A stretch of DNA of 51,209 nucleotides from Syntrophobacteria bacterium (lineage in GTDB: Bacteria > Desulfobacterota > Syntrophobacteria > BM002), in the NCBI GenBank assembly GCA_041560295.1, contig JBFFBS010000002.1:1-51209 (forward strand), read 5' to 3'. Shown here in pieces: positions 1 through 9,157 of this stretch. The position numbers were made by a program, and so were the translations under genes. The stretch's first letter is position 1, and the number at the start of each line of letters is the position of its first letter. The notes beneath the pieces were generated by a model, which was given only the letters and a program-made list of their open reading frames with translations, was not told the origin of the DNA and did not search any database.

Positions 1-246
1 CTGAATTGTATTGACAGGGACGGGACCAACCTGGGATTTGATCTGGAGCTTGTCAACGCGGTGAGCGACGCTGTTTCCATTCCGGTGATCGCCTCCAGTG
101 GTGCCGGCAATGCCGAACATTTCTACGAAGTCTTCACCGAGACCGAAGCCGAATCGGCCCTGGCAGCTGGCATATTCCACCGCAGAGAGGTTCCCATAGG
201 GGATGTGAAAAATTATTTGAAGGACAAGGTGGAAGTCAGACTTTGA
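1..246 (+). CDS. hisF: Imidazole glycerol phosphate synthase cyclase subunit HisF, C-terminal part (5' end outside window)
   Basis: Frame 1 is open from nt 1: [45 protein letters not shown]...[12 protein letters not shown]. This is the conserved HisF C-terminal half. TGA at 244-246. Confidence 0.85.
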   Translation: MNCIDRDGTNLGFDLELVNAVSDAVSIPVIASSGAGNAEHFYEVFTETEAESALAAGIFHRREVPIGDVKNYLKDKVEVRL

Positions 247-315
247 CGAAACTTTTCCAGGCTGAACCCGACCAGGGTGTAATGAGCTCCCGAAAGCCTT
301 AATCTGAGCTGCCCC

Positions 316-421
316 GAAAATGCTCTAGCGAGCGCAATCCCCGCAGCGACTCGACCTGAGCGACACGACTTGAGCTCGTCGACAAGTCTCGTCGACAGGT
401 CTGGCTGCAGGGAGCTTCAAT
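316..421 (+). repeat. 106-bp dispersed element, copy 1 (GAAAATGCTC...CGACACGACTTGAGCTCGTCGACAAGTCTCGTCGACAGGTCT..GCTGCAGGGAGCTTCAAT)
   Basis: Roughly 85-90% identical by eye to 5841-5946. Has internal 13/14-bp tandem units (CTCGTCGACAAGT/CTCGTCGACAGGT). Confidence 0.9.
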
Positions 422-531
422 AAATGTGGCTTTCTCCAGAGGTTGTTGCTATTATGACGCCGACCGCACTCGAGCTAAGAACTCACTGCTATATATAGCC
501 TTGACTACAACAATTCGCTGAGGGAATAAAG

Positions 532-735
532 ATGCCGATGCTTAGAAATATTTCTCGGACCAGGATCATTTTGGAGCACGTGCAAGACGAACCGCTAACC
601 ATCGATCCCAACGAAACCGTAGAAGTGCCTGCGGAAGCCCTGTCTCTTCCTCTAGTCCGCCACTATATCGAGGTGAAGCGACTTGATATAATTCGCAAGC
701 AAACACAGCCGTCCTCCGTAATCCTTTCACGGTGA
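532..735 (+). CDS. Hypothetical small protein (67 aa)
   Basis: ATG 532 with a GAGGGA Shine-Dalgarno about 6 nt upstream. No domain recognised. Confidence 0.4.
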   Translation: MPMLRNISRTRIILEHVQDEPLTIDPNETVEVPAEALSLPLVRHYIEVKRLDIIRKQTQPSSVILSR

Positions 736-770
736 GAGGCTAGCATCTCGCAATTTGCATCTCAATGTGA

Positions 771-1157
771 TTAATCTTCATCATCTCGAAACACAATGAA
801 CGGTTCGATTTCTTGTGATTCTTCATTATCAGAGGAGATTGGACTAAATGATTCGCAGTAGCTATCGGTGTCTCCCCAACAGGTGGTGGCTATGCTGGGA
901 GGTGCTTCACCGGGGGAACTACTATAGTGGCCCAGAAAGCCTTCCTCTGGTACTTGCCTGATTTGGATTATGTCTTCCAGATAGACTTTCGTAACAAACT
1001 GGAAGATATCTTCATCTTTTTGGAGCTTGTTTATGAGGTGATGAAATTCATCGACCGAGGCTTCAATATCATCCGCTTCGACCATACATGTAAACCAGCC
1101 GTGCGTTGGTTCTCCTTTGTATTCTCCATCAAATGAGAAGTGAGCAAGGTAGAGCAT
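771..1157 (-). CDS. Hypothetical acidic protein (128 aa)
   Basis: ATG 1157 preceded by TAGGGGGGATCA. Clean ORF with an acidic C-terminus. No domain recognised. Confidence 0.5.
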   Translation of the reverse strand: MLYLAHFSFDGEYKGEPTHGWFTCMVEADDIEASVDEFHHLINKLQKDEDIFQFVTKVYLEDIIQIRQVPEEGFLGHYSSSPGEAPPSIATTCWGDTDSYCESFSPISSDNEESQEIEPFIVFRDDED

Positions 1158-1494
1158 TGATCCCCCCTAAAAGATTGGCTAGATCCCCTTCTTGTATGAG
1201 CAAGACAGCTTCGCCCGCTCCAATGAGCGGCTTCTACCTTCCCTTGCCTTTCTGTAAGCGCCTGTAATCCTCTAGTTTAATATTTATTACATTGCCAACT
1301 CTATCCAGATCCTCAGATTCAGCTATTCTGCCTTTGTTATCTTAGTAAACAACTCTTTTATGAACTCCCAGATTCGCAAGAACGCTCTCTTTTCTCAGGT
1401 AATATTCTCTTTTGTACAGCAGATTATTTTGGTCATAGTAATTCACCATTTTATCAAATCCATATACTTCAGAATGGCTGTCAGTTGAACGAAC

Positions 1495-1785
1495 TTAGCC
1501 AATGCTGGTTTTGTCCCAATAATAGGTAGTTGTCTTGTCCCATCCCTCTTTTTCAGAATGAATTTTTGTAGCATACACTTCAACCATGATTTTATTTTTT
1601 AGTTCATCATAAGCAGTGACTATTTTTTTGATACCTTTCTTGTATTCCGCATCTTTTTTTGAGAAAGTAACTACCTTGGTAATGCCACCATACTCATTAT
1701 CCTTGAGAATCGACTCTTCCTTGGCAAATACGGTTACGCTTAGGCACAAGAAAAGCACCACGGCAAAATAACCAGTTTTTTTCAT
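1495..1785 (-). CDS. Small exported protein (96 aa)
   Basis: Start moved to ATG 1785 (GGAGGAAGAC upstream). MKKTGYFAVVLFLCLSVTVFA is a signal peptide. Confidence 0.55.
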   Translation of the reverse strand: MKKTGYFAVVLFLCLSVTVFAKEESILKDNEYGGITKVVTFSKKDAEYKKGIKKIVTAYDELKNKIMVEVYATKIHSEKEGWDKTTTYYWDKTSIG

Positions 1786-1925
1786 GTCTTCCTCCGACCC
1801 AGATTCCAAGGCCATTTGACTCTTTGCTCTTTTCCAAGACAGGTGAGGTAGTTGATAGTGAGCGGTTTTGCCATTACGCCAGATTAGTAGGAGAGTGTAA
1901 CTTAGTCAAGAGTGGAGGATTAAAT

Positions 1926-2260
1926 CCTTGAAGTCGTTGAAAGTGTTTAAGTCGTAAACAGCAAACGGTGAACGGTAAACGGTAAGCGGTAAACAAAAGA
2001 AGCCAGTAGTCAGGAGCCAGGAGCCAGTAGTTGAAGTACAGGGTACTAGGTGCATTACTCTATGCTCTATGCTTTTTCACAACGGACCACGGACGACGGA
2101 CAACTGACAGCAAGCCCTCCGCCCTCTTCTTCTGCCTAGTGCCTAGTTCTTAGTCCCTAGTTTTTTCTGACCGCTGCTAGCTGTCCGCTGCCAGCTCTCT
2201 TCCTCTAGGCTCTATGCCCTATGCTGTGCTACATCCCACATCTCATATCCCACATCCCAC
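1926..2260 (+). repeat. Modular short-tandem-repeat block (heptamer grammar)
   Basis: Module order: TCGTT-type 9-mers, GTAAACG x4, CCAGTAG/TCAGGAG x4, CTCTATG x2, CCACGGA x4, TGCCTAG x4, GCTGYC, CTATGCC x2, CACATCC x4. Colinear with 9584-9936. Confidence 0.9.
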
Positions 2261-2367
2261 TTCTCAGTTTTACAATTTCCTCCTTCTTCCCTTTGACAAC
2301 TGCCCATGTTTTGTTGCAGACTTAACTCAATCACTACCGGCTTCAGTCGAACATGGAGGTAGCATGC

Positions 2368-2787
2368 ATGGAGTCCTCAATACTGAGCCCAACAGAAAAG
2401 TGGGACGAGCACAATAGGAAATTACAAATCATCGAATCTGAAATACAGCAAACAGAGGTTTTTCTGGAAAGTGTGAAGGAAAAACGAGCTAGCCCCCGCA
2501 TTCGCTCTCTTCTCCTGGCTTCCTACGTGCCCAGGAAGGGTGAACGACAAGAATACATAATCTCGATTGGCCGGACTCTCGACGTGAGTGAGGGCGGAGC
2601 AAAGATAGAAACACACCGCCAACTGGATAAAGGGTTGCAACTTGAATTAGAAATAGCAGTGGAAGACCAGATAATATCAGCCAAGGGGGTGGTGCTCTAT
2701 TCTCAGGAACTCGGGGATGGCCTCTTCGGGACTGGGATCAGTTTCACTGCTATCAATGAGGAAGCTCGCCGCTTGCTTCGATCGTAA
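2368..2787 (+). CDS. PilZ domain protein
   Basis: RASPR (RxxxR) and DVSEGG (DxSxxG) PilZ motifs. Start placed at ATG 2368, 8 nt after GGAGG, rather than ATG 2353. Confidence 0.7.
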   Translation: MESSILSPTEKWDEHNRKLQIIESEIQQTEVFLESVKEKRASPRIRSLLLASYVPRKGERQEYIISIGRTLDVSEGGAKIETHRQLDKGLQLELEIAVEDQIISAKGVVLYSQELGDGLFGTGISFTAINEEARRLLRS

Positions 2788-2907
2788 GGGCGTGAAGCGC
2801 GACAATAAAGAATCCGGTCCCATCGAAGATCCCGCTATTCGGGGAAGGACCCGGCCTTGGGCTGCCTAAGTGAAGGGCTCAAAGCTTAAGACACAGGGCC
2901 TGTGTTA

Positions 2908-2960
2908 GCTAGCAGCAGACAGCCCGCAACAAGCTCGGGGCAGGCAGGCAGCGGGCAGCA
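2908..2960 (-). repeat. Inverted copy of the GCTGCC/CCCGAGC module
   Basis: Its reverse complement (TGCTGCCCGCTGCCTGCCTGCCCCGAGCTTGTTGCGGGCTGTCTGCTGCTAGC) matches the + strand module at 39140-39200. This is the only clearly unpaired inverted block I found. Confidence 0.8.
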
Positions 2961-3069
2961 AAAAAATAAAAGTTTCTATGTTTTTATAAACTCCATGCCT
3001 GAGCCATGCTTAAGCGTCCGCGGCCATCTGAAGTTAATGCTCTAACAGAACGTCGGTAAAGACGAAAAG

Positions 3070-3456
3070 ATGAAGATACCGAAGTGGTTGATTGTTGTAG
3101 CTCTGGGCCTAGGCGGGCTGATGTGGTGGCATCAGGGGGGCAATTTGCCGGATTTTGTTCCTGATTGGTTGCGTAGCACTACACCAGTAACAAGTCCTGA
3201 TGCGACAGAGTACAGCTTGATCGGTGGATTTCCCGCTGCAGCCAGTAGACCGGTGTTCAAACAGTTGACTTCGCTCAGCCGCGGAGAGGGCGCAGAGACT
3301 ATCGAAGAGTTGAGAGAGCAGGGTTTGGTTTGGGAGACACTTGATGGGCAGAGGGTGCGGGTTCTCAGTAGAAAGCGGGGCTCTAAAGTGGTGGAGGTGC
3401 AAAACATAGGAAGTTTTGACTCATATTGGACATATACTGATGCATTGGGGAAATAA
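3070..3456 (+). CDS. Membrane-anchored hypothetical protein (128 aa)
   Basis: ATG 3070. N-terminal TM/signal anchor MKIPKWLIVVALGLGGLMWW. No domain recognised. Confidence 0.5.
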   Translation: MKIPKWLIVVALGLGGLMWWHQGGNLPDFVPDWLRSTTPVTSPDATEYSLIGGFPAAASRPVFKQLTSLSRGEGAETIEELREQGLVWETLDGQRVRVLSRKRGSKVVEVQNIGSFDSYWTYTDALGK

Positions 3457-3522
3457 TACTGTCCAATTTAGACTGAGCCATTTGCTTATAAATCACAAGG
3501 GAGATACTCAAAAGGAACATAT

Positions 3523-3795
3523 ATGCGCAAACCAAGCAAACTGATGATCATAAGGGACCTCCAGGAAGAATTGTGGCAAGTAGTTGAGCCTCGGATTGAT
3601 TCAGAAACTGTCACCACCGATTCACACGAGAGAATTATGAGGCTGGCGATTCAGAGGTTTGTTGAGGAGAGGGCCAAATCTCTTAGCATGGCCGAATTGG
3701 CAGATGCCCTCGATTCGCTAGAGCAGACTGTGACATTATTTCTGGAATATCTTCGCTCCAAGGGAATAGCTGGCGATCCGATAGCAGTGCAATAA
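3523..3795 (+). CDS. Hypothetical protein (90 aa)
   Basis: ATG 3523 with AAAGGAACATAT upstream. No domain recognised. Confidence 0.45.
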   Translation: MRKPSKLMIIRDLQEELWQVVEPRIDSETVTTDSHERIMRLAIQRFVEERAKSLSMAELADALDSLEQTVTLFLEYLRSKGIAGDPIAVQ

Positions 3796-3817
3796 ACCGT
3801 ATTAGCATTCCGCAAAC

Positions 3818-3865
3818 TGGGAACCCGCCCGAAGGGTGGGAGTCCGAAGGACAAATCCGCAATCT
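3818..3865 (+). repeat. Twin-hairpin motif GGGAACCCGCCCGNAGGGTGGGAGTCCGNAGGACAA plus AATCCGC
   Basis: CTGGGAACCCGCCCGAAGGGTGGGAGTCCGAAGGACAAATCCGCAATC. Other copies at 9072-9108, 19104-19140 and, inverted, 12561-12599. Confidence 0.85.
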
Positions 3866-5413
3866 TTAATTCTCCCTCCCCATTTGCACAACTGTGTTGA
3901 CGGGGTCAAACCCCTGCTGTTGACTCATCTCACTGGACGAGCTTTTCAAATCTTCTGATCTATCGGTAGTAATTCTGTATCTCTCCAGAATCCGCTGGCT
4001 GTTTTGGTCAACTTTGCTTCTATCCAGGACTATTTGATGGCCGCGTTCATCAAGGATGATGTGGTATTTGCCTGCGTGATTTTCAAAAGCAGCCACCAGA
4101 TCTTCCATAGTGGAGATCTTTTTACCATTCACGTGAGAAACGACCCTGTTGTCAAGATCGTGATAACCGATGTTGATCTCGTCAGCGAGAACTTCTACCA
4201 GCACGATGATCTCCTTGCGATCATCTGTTCTTTTTCCATAAAGGTAGTAATGCGTTAGATCGTCCGGCGCGCTGAATATCCACTTTTTGCCCCAGGTCTT
4301 TAAATAATTTAGCGTCACTGGCTCGAACAGCATTCCACCCAAGATGTAATATGTTGGGATCACGTCATATTGTTCATGTGGCACCAATCTCGAAGAATGA
4401 AGAGCCGTAGAGAGCCTGACCGTGACATTCATGATTTTTTTCTGGCGCAATATTCTGAGCCTAACACTGTCATTCATTTGCTTTTTCTGGATTAAGTACT
4501 TCAAATGCGTTCTCTCACCTTTTCTGAACTCCACTGTTTTATCGTTTTCAACTCTTACTCCGTCAATCGCAAGGACTACGTCTCCAGATCTCAGCACGCC
4601 TCTTGCCGGGGAATCAGGGTCAATATAACTTATCAATGCCCCGGTATCTCTTTTAGACATGCCAAATCTTAGCCTGATGTCAGGGTTCTCCATCTCTTGT
4701 GAGGATATTCCAAGTTCAGGTATGCCGTCATACTTGCCATCTGCTATATCTGTAAGAAAGTGCTTGATGACCGGGGAAGGCACCATGTAGCCAATGTTCT
4801 CCACATCTTCGCGTGACATGGCTTGAAACGCTACCCCTACCAGTTGGTCGTCTTTCATTACTGGCCCGCCACTGTTGCCTTCATTTATCGCAGCATCAAT
4901 CTGACATGTTAACAAATGGGCAAAACTGTGGCTGTAAAGATTGTGTTCAACTCTGGAAACCACCCCTTCAGTGATGGACAATTCATCACCACCTTCGGGA
5001 AAACCGTATACAGCCACTCTGTCTCTGACCCTAGGGAGGTCACCTATCTGAATCGGATCAGCGTTCTCATAAAAGGAGTCATCATTGACTTTCAGAATAG
5101 CCAGGTCACTCTTGTGTGCAACCACTTCGACTTCAGCTGTGTATCTCTTTGCATCCCCCGCTTTCCTGACTTGAATAAACGTGTGATCTGCCACTACATG
5201 CGCATTTGTTAAAATTCTCTTTCCATCAATAATAGTCCCGGAACCGCTGCAGCTGTCTTGTCCTTTCATCTGCCATGGCCTATCGTAGTCGTATGTGTTG
5301 TATACGGTGTATATCTTCACCACAGAGTTCTTCACATCTTTTTTTGCCCAAGAGACCGAAGTTAGAAGGCACCCGAGGATTACTAGTAAGACGACTCTCA
5401 CTATCAACTTCAT
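3866..5413 (-). CDS. Trypsin-like serine protease with C-terminal PDZ-type region (S1C, DegP/HtrA-like)
   Basis: Catalytic triad contexts TNAHVV, DLAILK and GNSGGPV. Signal peptide MKLIVRVVLLVILGCLL. Start at ATG 5413 with GGGAGGAAGAA upstream. Confidence 0.85.
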   Translation of the reverse strand: MKLIVRVVLLVILGCLLTSVSWAKKDVKNSVVKIYTVYNTYDYDRPWQMKGQDSCSGSGTIIDGKRILTNAHVVADHTFIQVRKAGDAKRYTAEVEVVAHKSDLAILKVNDDSFYENADPIQIGDLPRVRDRVAVYGFPEGGDELSITEGVVSRVEHNLYSHSFAHLLTCQIDAAINEGNSGGPVMKDDQLVGVAFQAMSREDVENIGYMVPSPVIKHFLTDIADGKYDGIPELGISSQEMENPDIRLRFGMSKRDTGALISYIDPDSPARGVLRSGDVVLAIDGVRVENDKTVEFRKGERTHLKYLIQKKQMNDSVRLRILRQKKIMNVTVRLSTALHSSRLVPHEQYDVIPTYYILGGMLFEPVTLNYLKTWGKKWIFSAPDDLTHYYLYGKRTDDRKEIIVLVEVLADEINIGYHDLDNRVVSHVNGKKISTMEDLVAAFENHAGKYHIILDERGHQIVLDRSKVDQNSQRILERYRITTDRSEDLKSSSSEMSQQQGFDPVNTVVQMGREN

Positions 5414-5630
5414 TTCTTCCTCCCGAAAACCCTGTCTTGTCAATGTGGCATGAGACCCACGAGCATTGCTGATATCTCGGTTTCTGTTTTATAAAGAGAA
5501 AGCAAGACCAGTGCCAAGCTCGAGGAGAGGACAGAAAAAACCCTCAACGAAAATAATTCAGCTAACCACGCCTGCCCAGCGAGGGTCAGAGTTCAATAGT
5601 TTTGCCGGCAAAGATCGCGAGCTTTTGTAG

Positions 5631-5757
5631 AGGTTTCAGGTGTTCCGCCGGGGGCGGATCAGGTGTCAGGAAATATAGCCATAGAAGCTGAAACCTGAAC
5701 ATTGAACACTGAACACTAAAACCTGTTATTTGGTGCTTGGAATTTGATATTTTACAG
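5631..5757 (+). repeat. Modular repeat block (CAGGTGT arms, CCGCC-GGG-GGCGG hairpin, TTTGGTGCTTGG motif)
   Basis: GGTTTCAGGTGTTCCGCCGGGGGCGGATCAGGTGTCAGG is the inverse of 12517-12555. It is followed by CTGAAACCTGAACA units and ATTTGGTGCTTGGAATTTGATATTTTACAG. Confidence 0.9.
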
Positions 5758-5840
5758 GTCTGTAGCCGCTCCTTGCCCTTCCCTTCCTGCCAGTCTCACC
5801 AACGGACGTAGTGAGTTTCCCCGCATGTAATGGTTTCATT

Positions 5841-5946
5841 GAAAATGCTCCAGAGAGCGCGTTCCCCGTCGCGACTCGACTTGAGCGACACGACTTGAGC
5901 TCGTCGACAAGTCTCGTCGACAGGTCTTGCTGCAGGGAGCTTCAAT
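5841..5946 (+). repeat. 106-bp dispersed element, copy 2
   Basis: Aligns end to end with 316-421. ORFs 5796..6041(-) and 5811..6047(+) across it are probably spurious. Confidence 0.9.
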
Positions 5947-6088
5947 GCCACTATTTCAGATTGTATTTCAACAACATAGAATTTATCCGTGTGGAAAACA
6001 CTACTCGCAGAGTAGAAAATGGCATTAGTGTTGCATTCCAAAGCTAGTGACCTAGTCTTGAACGAAACCTTGGCAAGGTGTCGAACTC

Positions 6089-6322
6089 ATGCCCGACAAC
6101 CTAGCTGATATAAGAGAGAATTTTGAATACAAGGAAGATGCTCGCTTCGCGGGAGGCTACGCGTATTTTTGCCACCATTGTGGTCTGGAATGCAATGTTG
6201 GGGAAGCGGGCTTTGATTGCCAGGGCGGGAACATTATGCCGATCTACATCAAGTGTCGCTACGGTTGTGGCAGGTCCTGGCACCTTCAAGTCTTTCCCAC
6301 AGGGAACACAAGCATTCAGTGA
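6089..6322 (+). CDS. Cys-rich hypothetical protein (77 aa)
   Basis: ATG 6089. CHHCGLEC...CQGG...CRYGCG cysteine pattern suggests a zinc ribbon. No family recognised. Confidence 0.4.
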   Translation: MPDNLADIRENFEYKEDARFAGGYAYFCHHCGLECNVGEAGFDCQGGNIMPIYIKCRYGCGRSWHLQVFPTGNTSIQ

Positions 6323-6328
6323 GGCGTG

Positions 6329-6577
6329 ATGGCACGGTACACTAGCTGGCCCAGGTCAGCAAAAACAGGAAGCTGCGTTATGATGGAGCGCAAGCACATA
6401 ACCCTTGAAGCACTGACAATCAGGGTTCGGATGACAAAGGAGACTATGGAACTATTCTCCATTCCTGTTCCTGCCCGTCAACAGGAATTTCCCTGTGCAG
6501 ACCACACCAGGGTGCGCGTGCTGGACAATCCTTTGGAGGAAAACCTGAGGAAGTATGTTGCCTGGGGTAGATTGTAA
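6329..6577 (+). CDS. Hypothetical protein (82 aa)
   Basis: ATG 6329 lies 7 nt after the upstream stop, with a GAGG SD, so it is probably co-transcribed with 6089-6322. Confidence 0.35.
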   Translation: MARYTSWPRSAKTGSCVMMERKHITLEALTIRVRMTKETMELFSIPVPARQQEFPCADHTRVRVLDNPLEENLRKYVAWGRL

Positions 6578-6578
6578 T

Positions 6579-6690
6579 CCAGCAGGAGTCAGGAGCCTGG
6601 AGTCAGGAGCAAGTAGTAAGCAGTAAGCGGTAAGCAGTGAGCGGTGAGCGGGAAACGATGTCTCTCATCCCACATCCCACATCCCACATC
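6579..6690 (+). repeat. Modular repeat block
   Basis: CCAGCAG/GAGTCAG units, then GTAAGCA/GTAAGCG/GTGAGCG x6, then CACATCC x4. Confidence 0.9.
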
Positions 6691-6708
6691 TTTTCTGTAC
6701 TCCATTTT

Positions 6709-6834
6709 CTAAAATAGAGATGGAAATTTAGTATTGAGACCGTGAGTCGCTAGCGCAATTGCGCCCATGACTAAAAGCAAGATCACGGCCATATCTATAA
6801 CTAAATTCTTAATATTTAATGCGGTTGATTTCAT
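6709..6834 (-). CDS. Possible 41-aa membrane peptide (below ORF-track cutoff)
   Basis: My own translation: MKSTALNIKNLVIDMAVILLLVMGAIALATHGLNTKFPSLF. AAGGTGAGAG lies upstream of ATG 6834. Confidence 0.25.
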   Translation of the reverse strand: MKSTALNIKNLVIDMAVILLLVMGAIALATHGLNTKFPSLF

Positions 6835-7184
6835 AACGAACTCTCACCTTTCTTACCTACGTCGGTTCATTATCCCAAACGTTACATCGACATAATGAAA
6901 GGATCATGCCAGATAGCATATCTGAGCTACTTTCTCTGTATCCATCAATGGTTAGGAAACATTGGTTTCCAGAATTAAGGAGTGAAATTTGATACAGAAC
7001 TGCCAAACATCGTCGCTCAATGACGCTTTAGGGTAAAAGGTCAGAATCCGGGCTAGCTATTTGACAAATTCCTATTTGGCCTTTTCGCCAGCCTTGCCAG
7101 GCGAGAAGCGGAGACCGGGAATCCATCGAAACAGTAACACCTTGATTTTATATTGGTATTTCTACATTTGAGTTTGAGTGCATC

Positions 7185-7373
7185 ATGGCATACGATTTGC
7201 TTATCTATGCAGGGAACGAGGTGAGCGTAAATACCTGCAGTACTTGTTACGCTGAGAAAGCTGAATCTAACACCTATATAAAGAACCAATCGGACATTGG
7301 TTCTAAACTAAAAAAAGAGATTCCAGCGCCAGTTGCAACGGTACGAGCGGGCAACAAAACGCAAACAGCGTAG
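7185..7373 (+). CDS. Hypothetical small protein (62 aa)
   Basis: ORF followed 34 nt later by a strong intrinsic terminator. Weak SD. No domain recognised. Confidence 0.3.
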   Translation: MAYDLLIYAGNEVSVNTCSTCYAEKAESNTYIKNQSDIGSKLKKEIPAPVATVRAGNKTQTA

Positions 7374-7406
7374 ATTAGAGACGCGAAAGTAATGCCGCCT
7401 CGTCAC

Positions 7407-7444
7407 GAGAGCCACAGGAGATACTCCTATGGCTCTCTTTTTTT
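7407..7444 (+). terminator. Rho-independent terminator
   Basis: GAGAGCCACAGGAG-ATA-CTCCTATGGCTCTC (14-bp stem, one mismatch) followed by T7. Confidence 0.7.
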
Positions 7445-7590
7445 GTAGTGAGCTATTTCCTGATGGAAACGAATTTACTTGCTCCTGTCCGCAGCCTTCA
7501 TTCTTACCGGCATCATACTTGCAGAAATGGACGCTCTAAAGATGAAAAACAACGGTCAAAAAATTATTCTTGGAGATTTGAGGAGGCCTG

Positions 7591-8085
7591 ATGAAAAGAC
7601 TACTTTTAATCGTCACATGTGTTTTTGTTGCAGGATGTGCCGCACGTGATTTTGTCCCGTCTGGATACTCATTTAGTCCGTATTCTGGAGCCAAATTTTC
7701 AGTTAATGATAGGGTTTGGGTGCATAATGCCACTCCCAGCATGGTAGAAAAAGTTGGTACGAATTTGAACTCCGATCTCAGAGATTGGGGAAAGCAATTG
7801 ATCTATGGACTTGAGCGTAGTCTTGAGTGCAGAGGTGCAAAGATTGACCGTAAGGCAAGGAAGAAAATAAGTGTACGGATAACGCACGCCGAGGTAAGAA
7901 ATAAGATACTCAAGTACACGGCGTCCATGGAGTGCGTGGTGTGGTTAGGAAACGGCTATTCTAAAAAAATCACCGCGTATAACAGTGCCCAAGTTGATGC
8001 AGACGCCTGTTCTGGTCTTCTGCCTGTTGTCATTGAGAGAATAATGTCAAATCCTTCAGTTGTTAGATATCTCAGTGCTGCGTAG
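7591..8085 (+). CDS. Lipoprotein (164 aa)
   Basis: GAGGAGG SD. MKRLLLIVTCVFVAGC carries a lipobox (VAGC). Confidence 0.65.
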   Translation: MKRLLLIVTCVFVAGCAARDFVPSGYSFSPYSGAKFSVNDRVWVHNATPSMVEKVGTNLNSDLRDWGKQLIYGLERSLECRGAKIDRKARKKISVRITHAEVRNKILKYTASMECVVWLGNGYSKKITAYNSAQVDADACSGLLPVVIERIMSNPSVVRYLSAA

Positions 8086-8125
8086 GCTTATCTTCCTGAG
8101 AAGGGTGTTAGTTCACAGAGGAATA

Positions 8126-8238
8126 GAAATTCCAAATTCCAAACCTGTTTTGGTCATTTAGTATTGGAATTTGAGATTTGTTTGTAATTTGGTGCTTGAA
8201 ATTTGATATTTTGCAATGATCCACCACTCCATCACTCC
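8126..8238 (+). repeat. Modular repeat block (AAATTCC units, TTTGGTGCTTGAAATTTGATATTTT motif, CACCACTCCATCACTCC)
   Basis: The TTTGGTGCTTGRRATTTGATATTTT motif is shared with 5728-5757 and 12599-12650. Confidence 0.9.
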
Positions 8239-8329
8239 GGCAGACTGGTGCGAGAGGGAATTGAGCCTCCGCCTCCGGCGAAAGCTCTTTAGCCTGGATC
8301 CCACCGTTAACATGAAACCACCAGGTTAC

Positions 8330-8386
8330 TAGATCGTGCCCGAAGGGCTGCGATCTACTGCCCGATCGCAATCTCCCGATCGGGCA
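8330..8386. other. Two adjacent perfect hairpins
   Basis: TAGATCG-TGCCCGAAGGGCTG-CGATCTA, then TGCCCGATCG-CAATCTC-CGATCGGGCA. There is no U-tract. They lie 100-150 nt 3' of the FHA gene. Confidence 0.5.
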
Positions 8387-8484
8387 ATAGAATCCCCACT
8401 GCGCTCTCCGTGGTTAATAAAGCATAAATGGAACTCTAATATCAGCAGTACGGGGAGGACTTGGTGGGTACAACAGGCGTAGTC

Positions 8485-8823
8485 TTATAGAATTGTTACG
8501 GTTTCGAAAAACTGATCTCTCGCTTCAGGAATATCTGCCTCTGTGAAGCGAAAAGTGAAACTACCGATCTCAAAGGTATCCTCGTTGGATAGCACTATTT
8601 TGTTCACGCGCTTGCCCTTGAAGATAATTCCAGTGCTACTTCCCAGATCCTCTACCGTCCAGGCCCCTTCCTGGAAGGTAACCCTGGCGTGGTTCGGTGA
8701 TACAGTTTCGTCAGCAAGACAGATGGTATTCTCGGGATCGCTCCCAATGGTATCTTCGCCCAGCAGAGGATAGCCTGTGCTTGGGCCCGAACCCTGGGAT
8801 AAGAACAAAAATGCGTCTTTCAT
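8485..8823 (-). CDS. FHA domain protein
   Basis: IGSDPENTICLADETVSPNHARVTFQEGAWTVEDLGSSTGIIFKGKRV is a typical FHA core. Start placed at ATG 8823; this is uncertain. Confidence 0.75.
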   Translation of the reverse strand: MKDAFLFLSQGSGPSTGYPLLGEDTIGSDPENTICLADETVSPNHARVTFQEGAWTVEDLGSSTGIIFKGKRVNKIVLSNEDTFEIGSFTFRFTEADIPEARDQFFETVTIL

Positions 8824-9010
8824 GACTAGATTCCCGCTCTGATTATTCTTTTCTCGCCTCAAATTTGTAAGCAATAAAAGTGCCATTTTTATTAATTTGG
8901 CTTGACCATTCTATTTTTTTGCCTCTTGGTGCGAATTCGGCGCCTCAACTGAAACGGCAAACAAAAAGGCGACTGATACGGGGTATGCGGCCCCGCATCA
9001 ACCGCCAATA

Positions 9011-9108
9011 GAAATTCCAAATCACAATAACCAAAATTAAAAATTCAAAATCTGTTTGGGTCATTGAAAATGGGGACCCGCCCGCAGGGTGGGAGTCCGG
9101 AGGACCAA
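9011..9108 (+). repeat. Modular repeat block ending in twin-hairpin motif
   Basis: GAAATTCCAAATCAC..., then GGGGACCCGCCCGCAGGGTGGGAGTCCGGAGGACCAA. Confidence 0.9.
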
Positions 9109-9157
9109 TTTGTCATTTTGCGGTGTTTCTTTACTTCAGCAGACTTCCACGCTTATT

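Noticed and set aside
8108-8371. 87-aa minus-strand ORF
   Set aside because: It spans repeat block 8126-8238 and the hairpin pair. It has no SD and low-complexity content.
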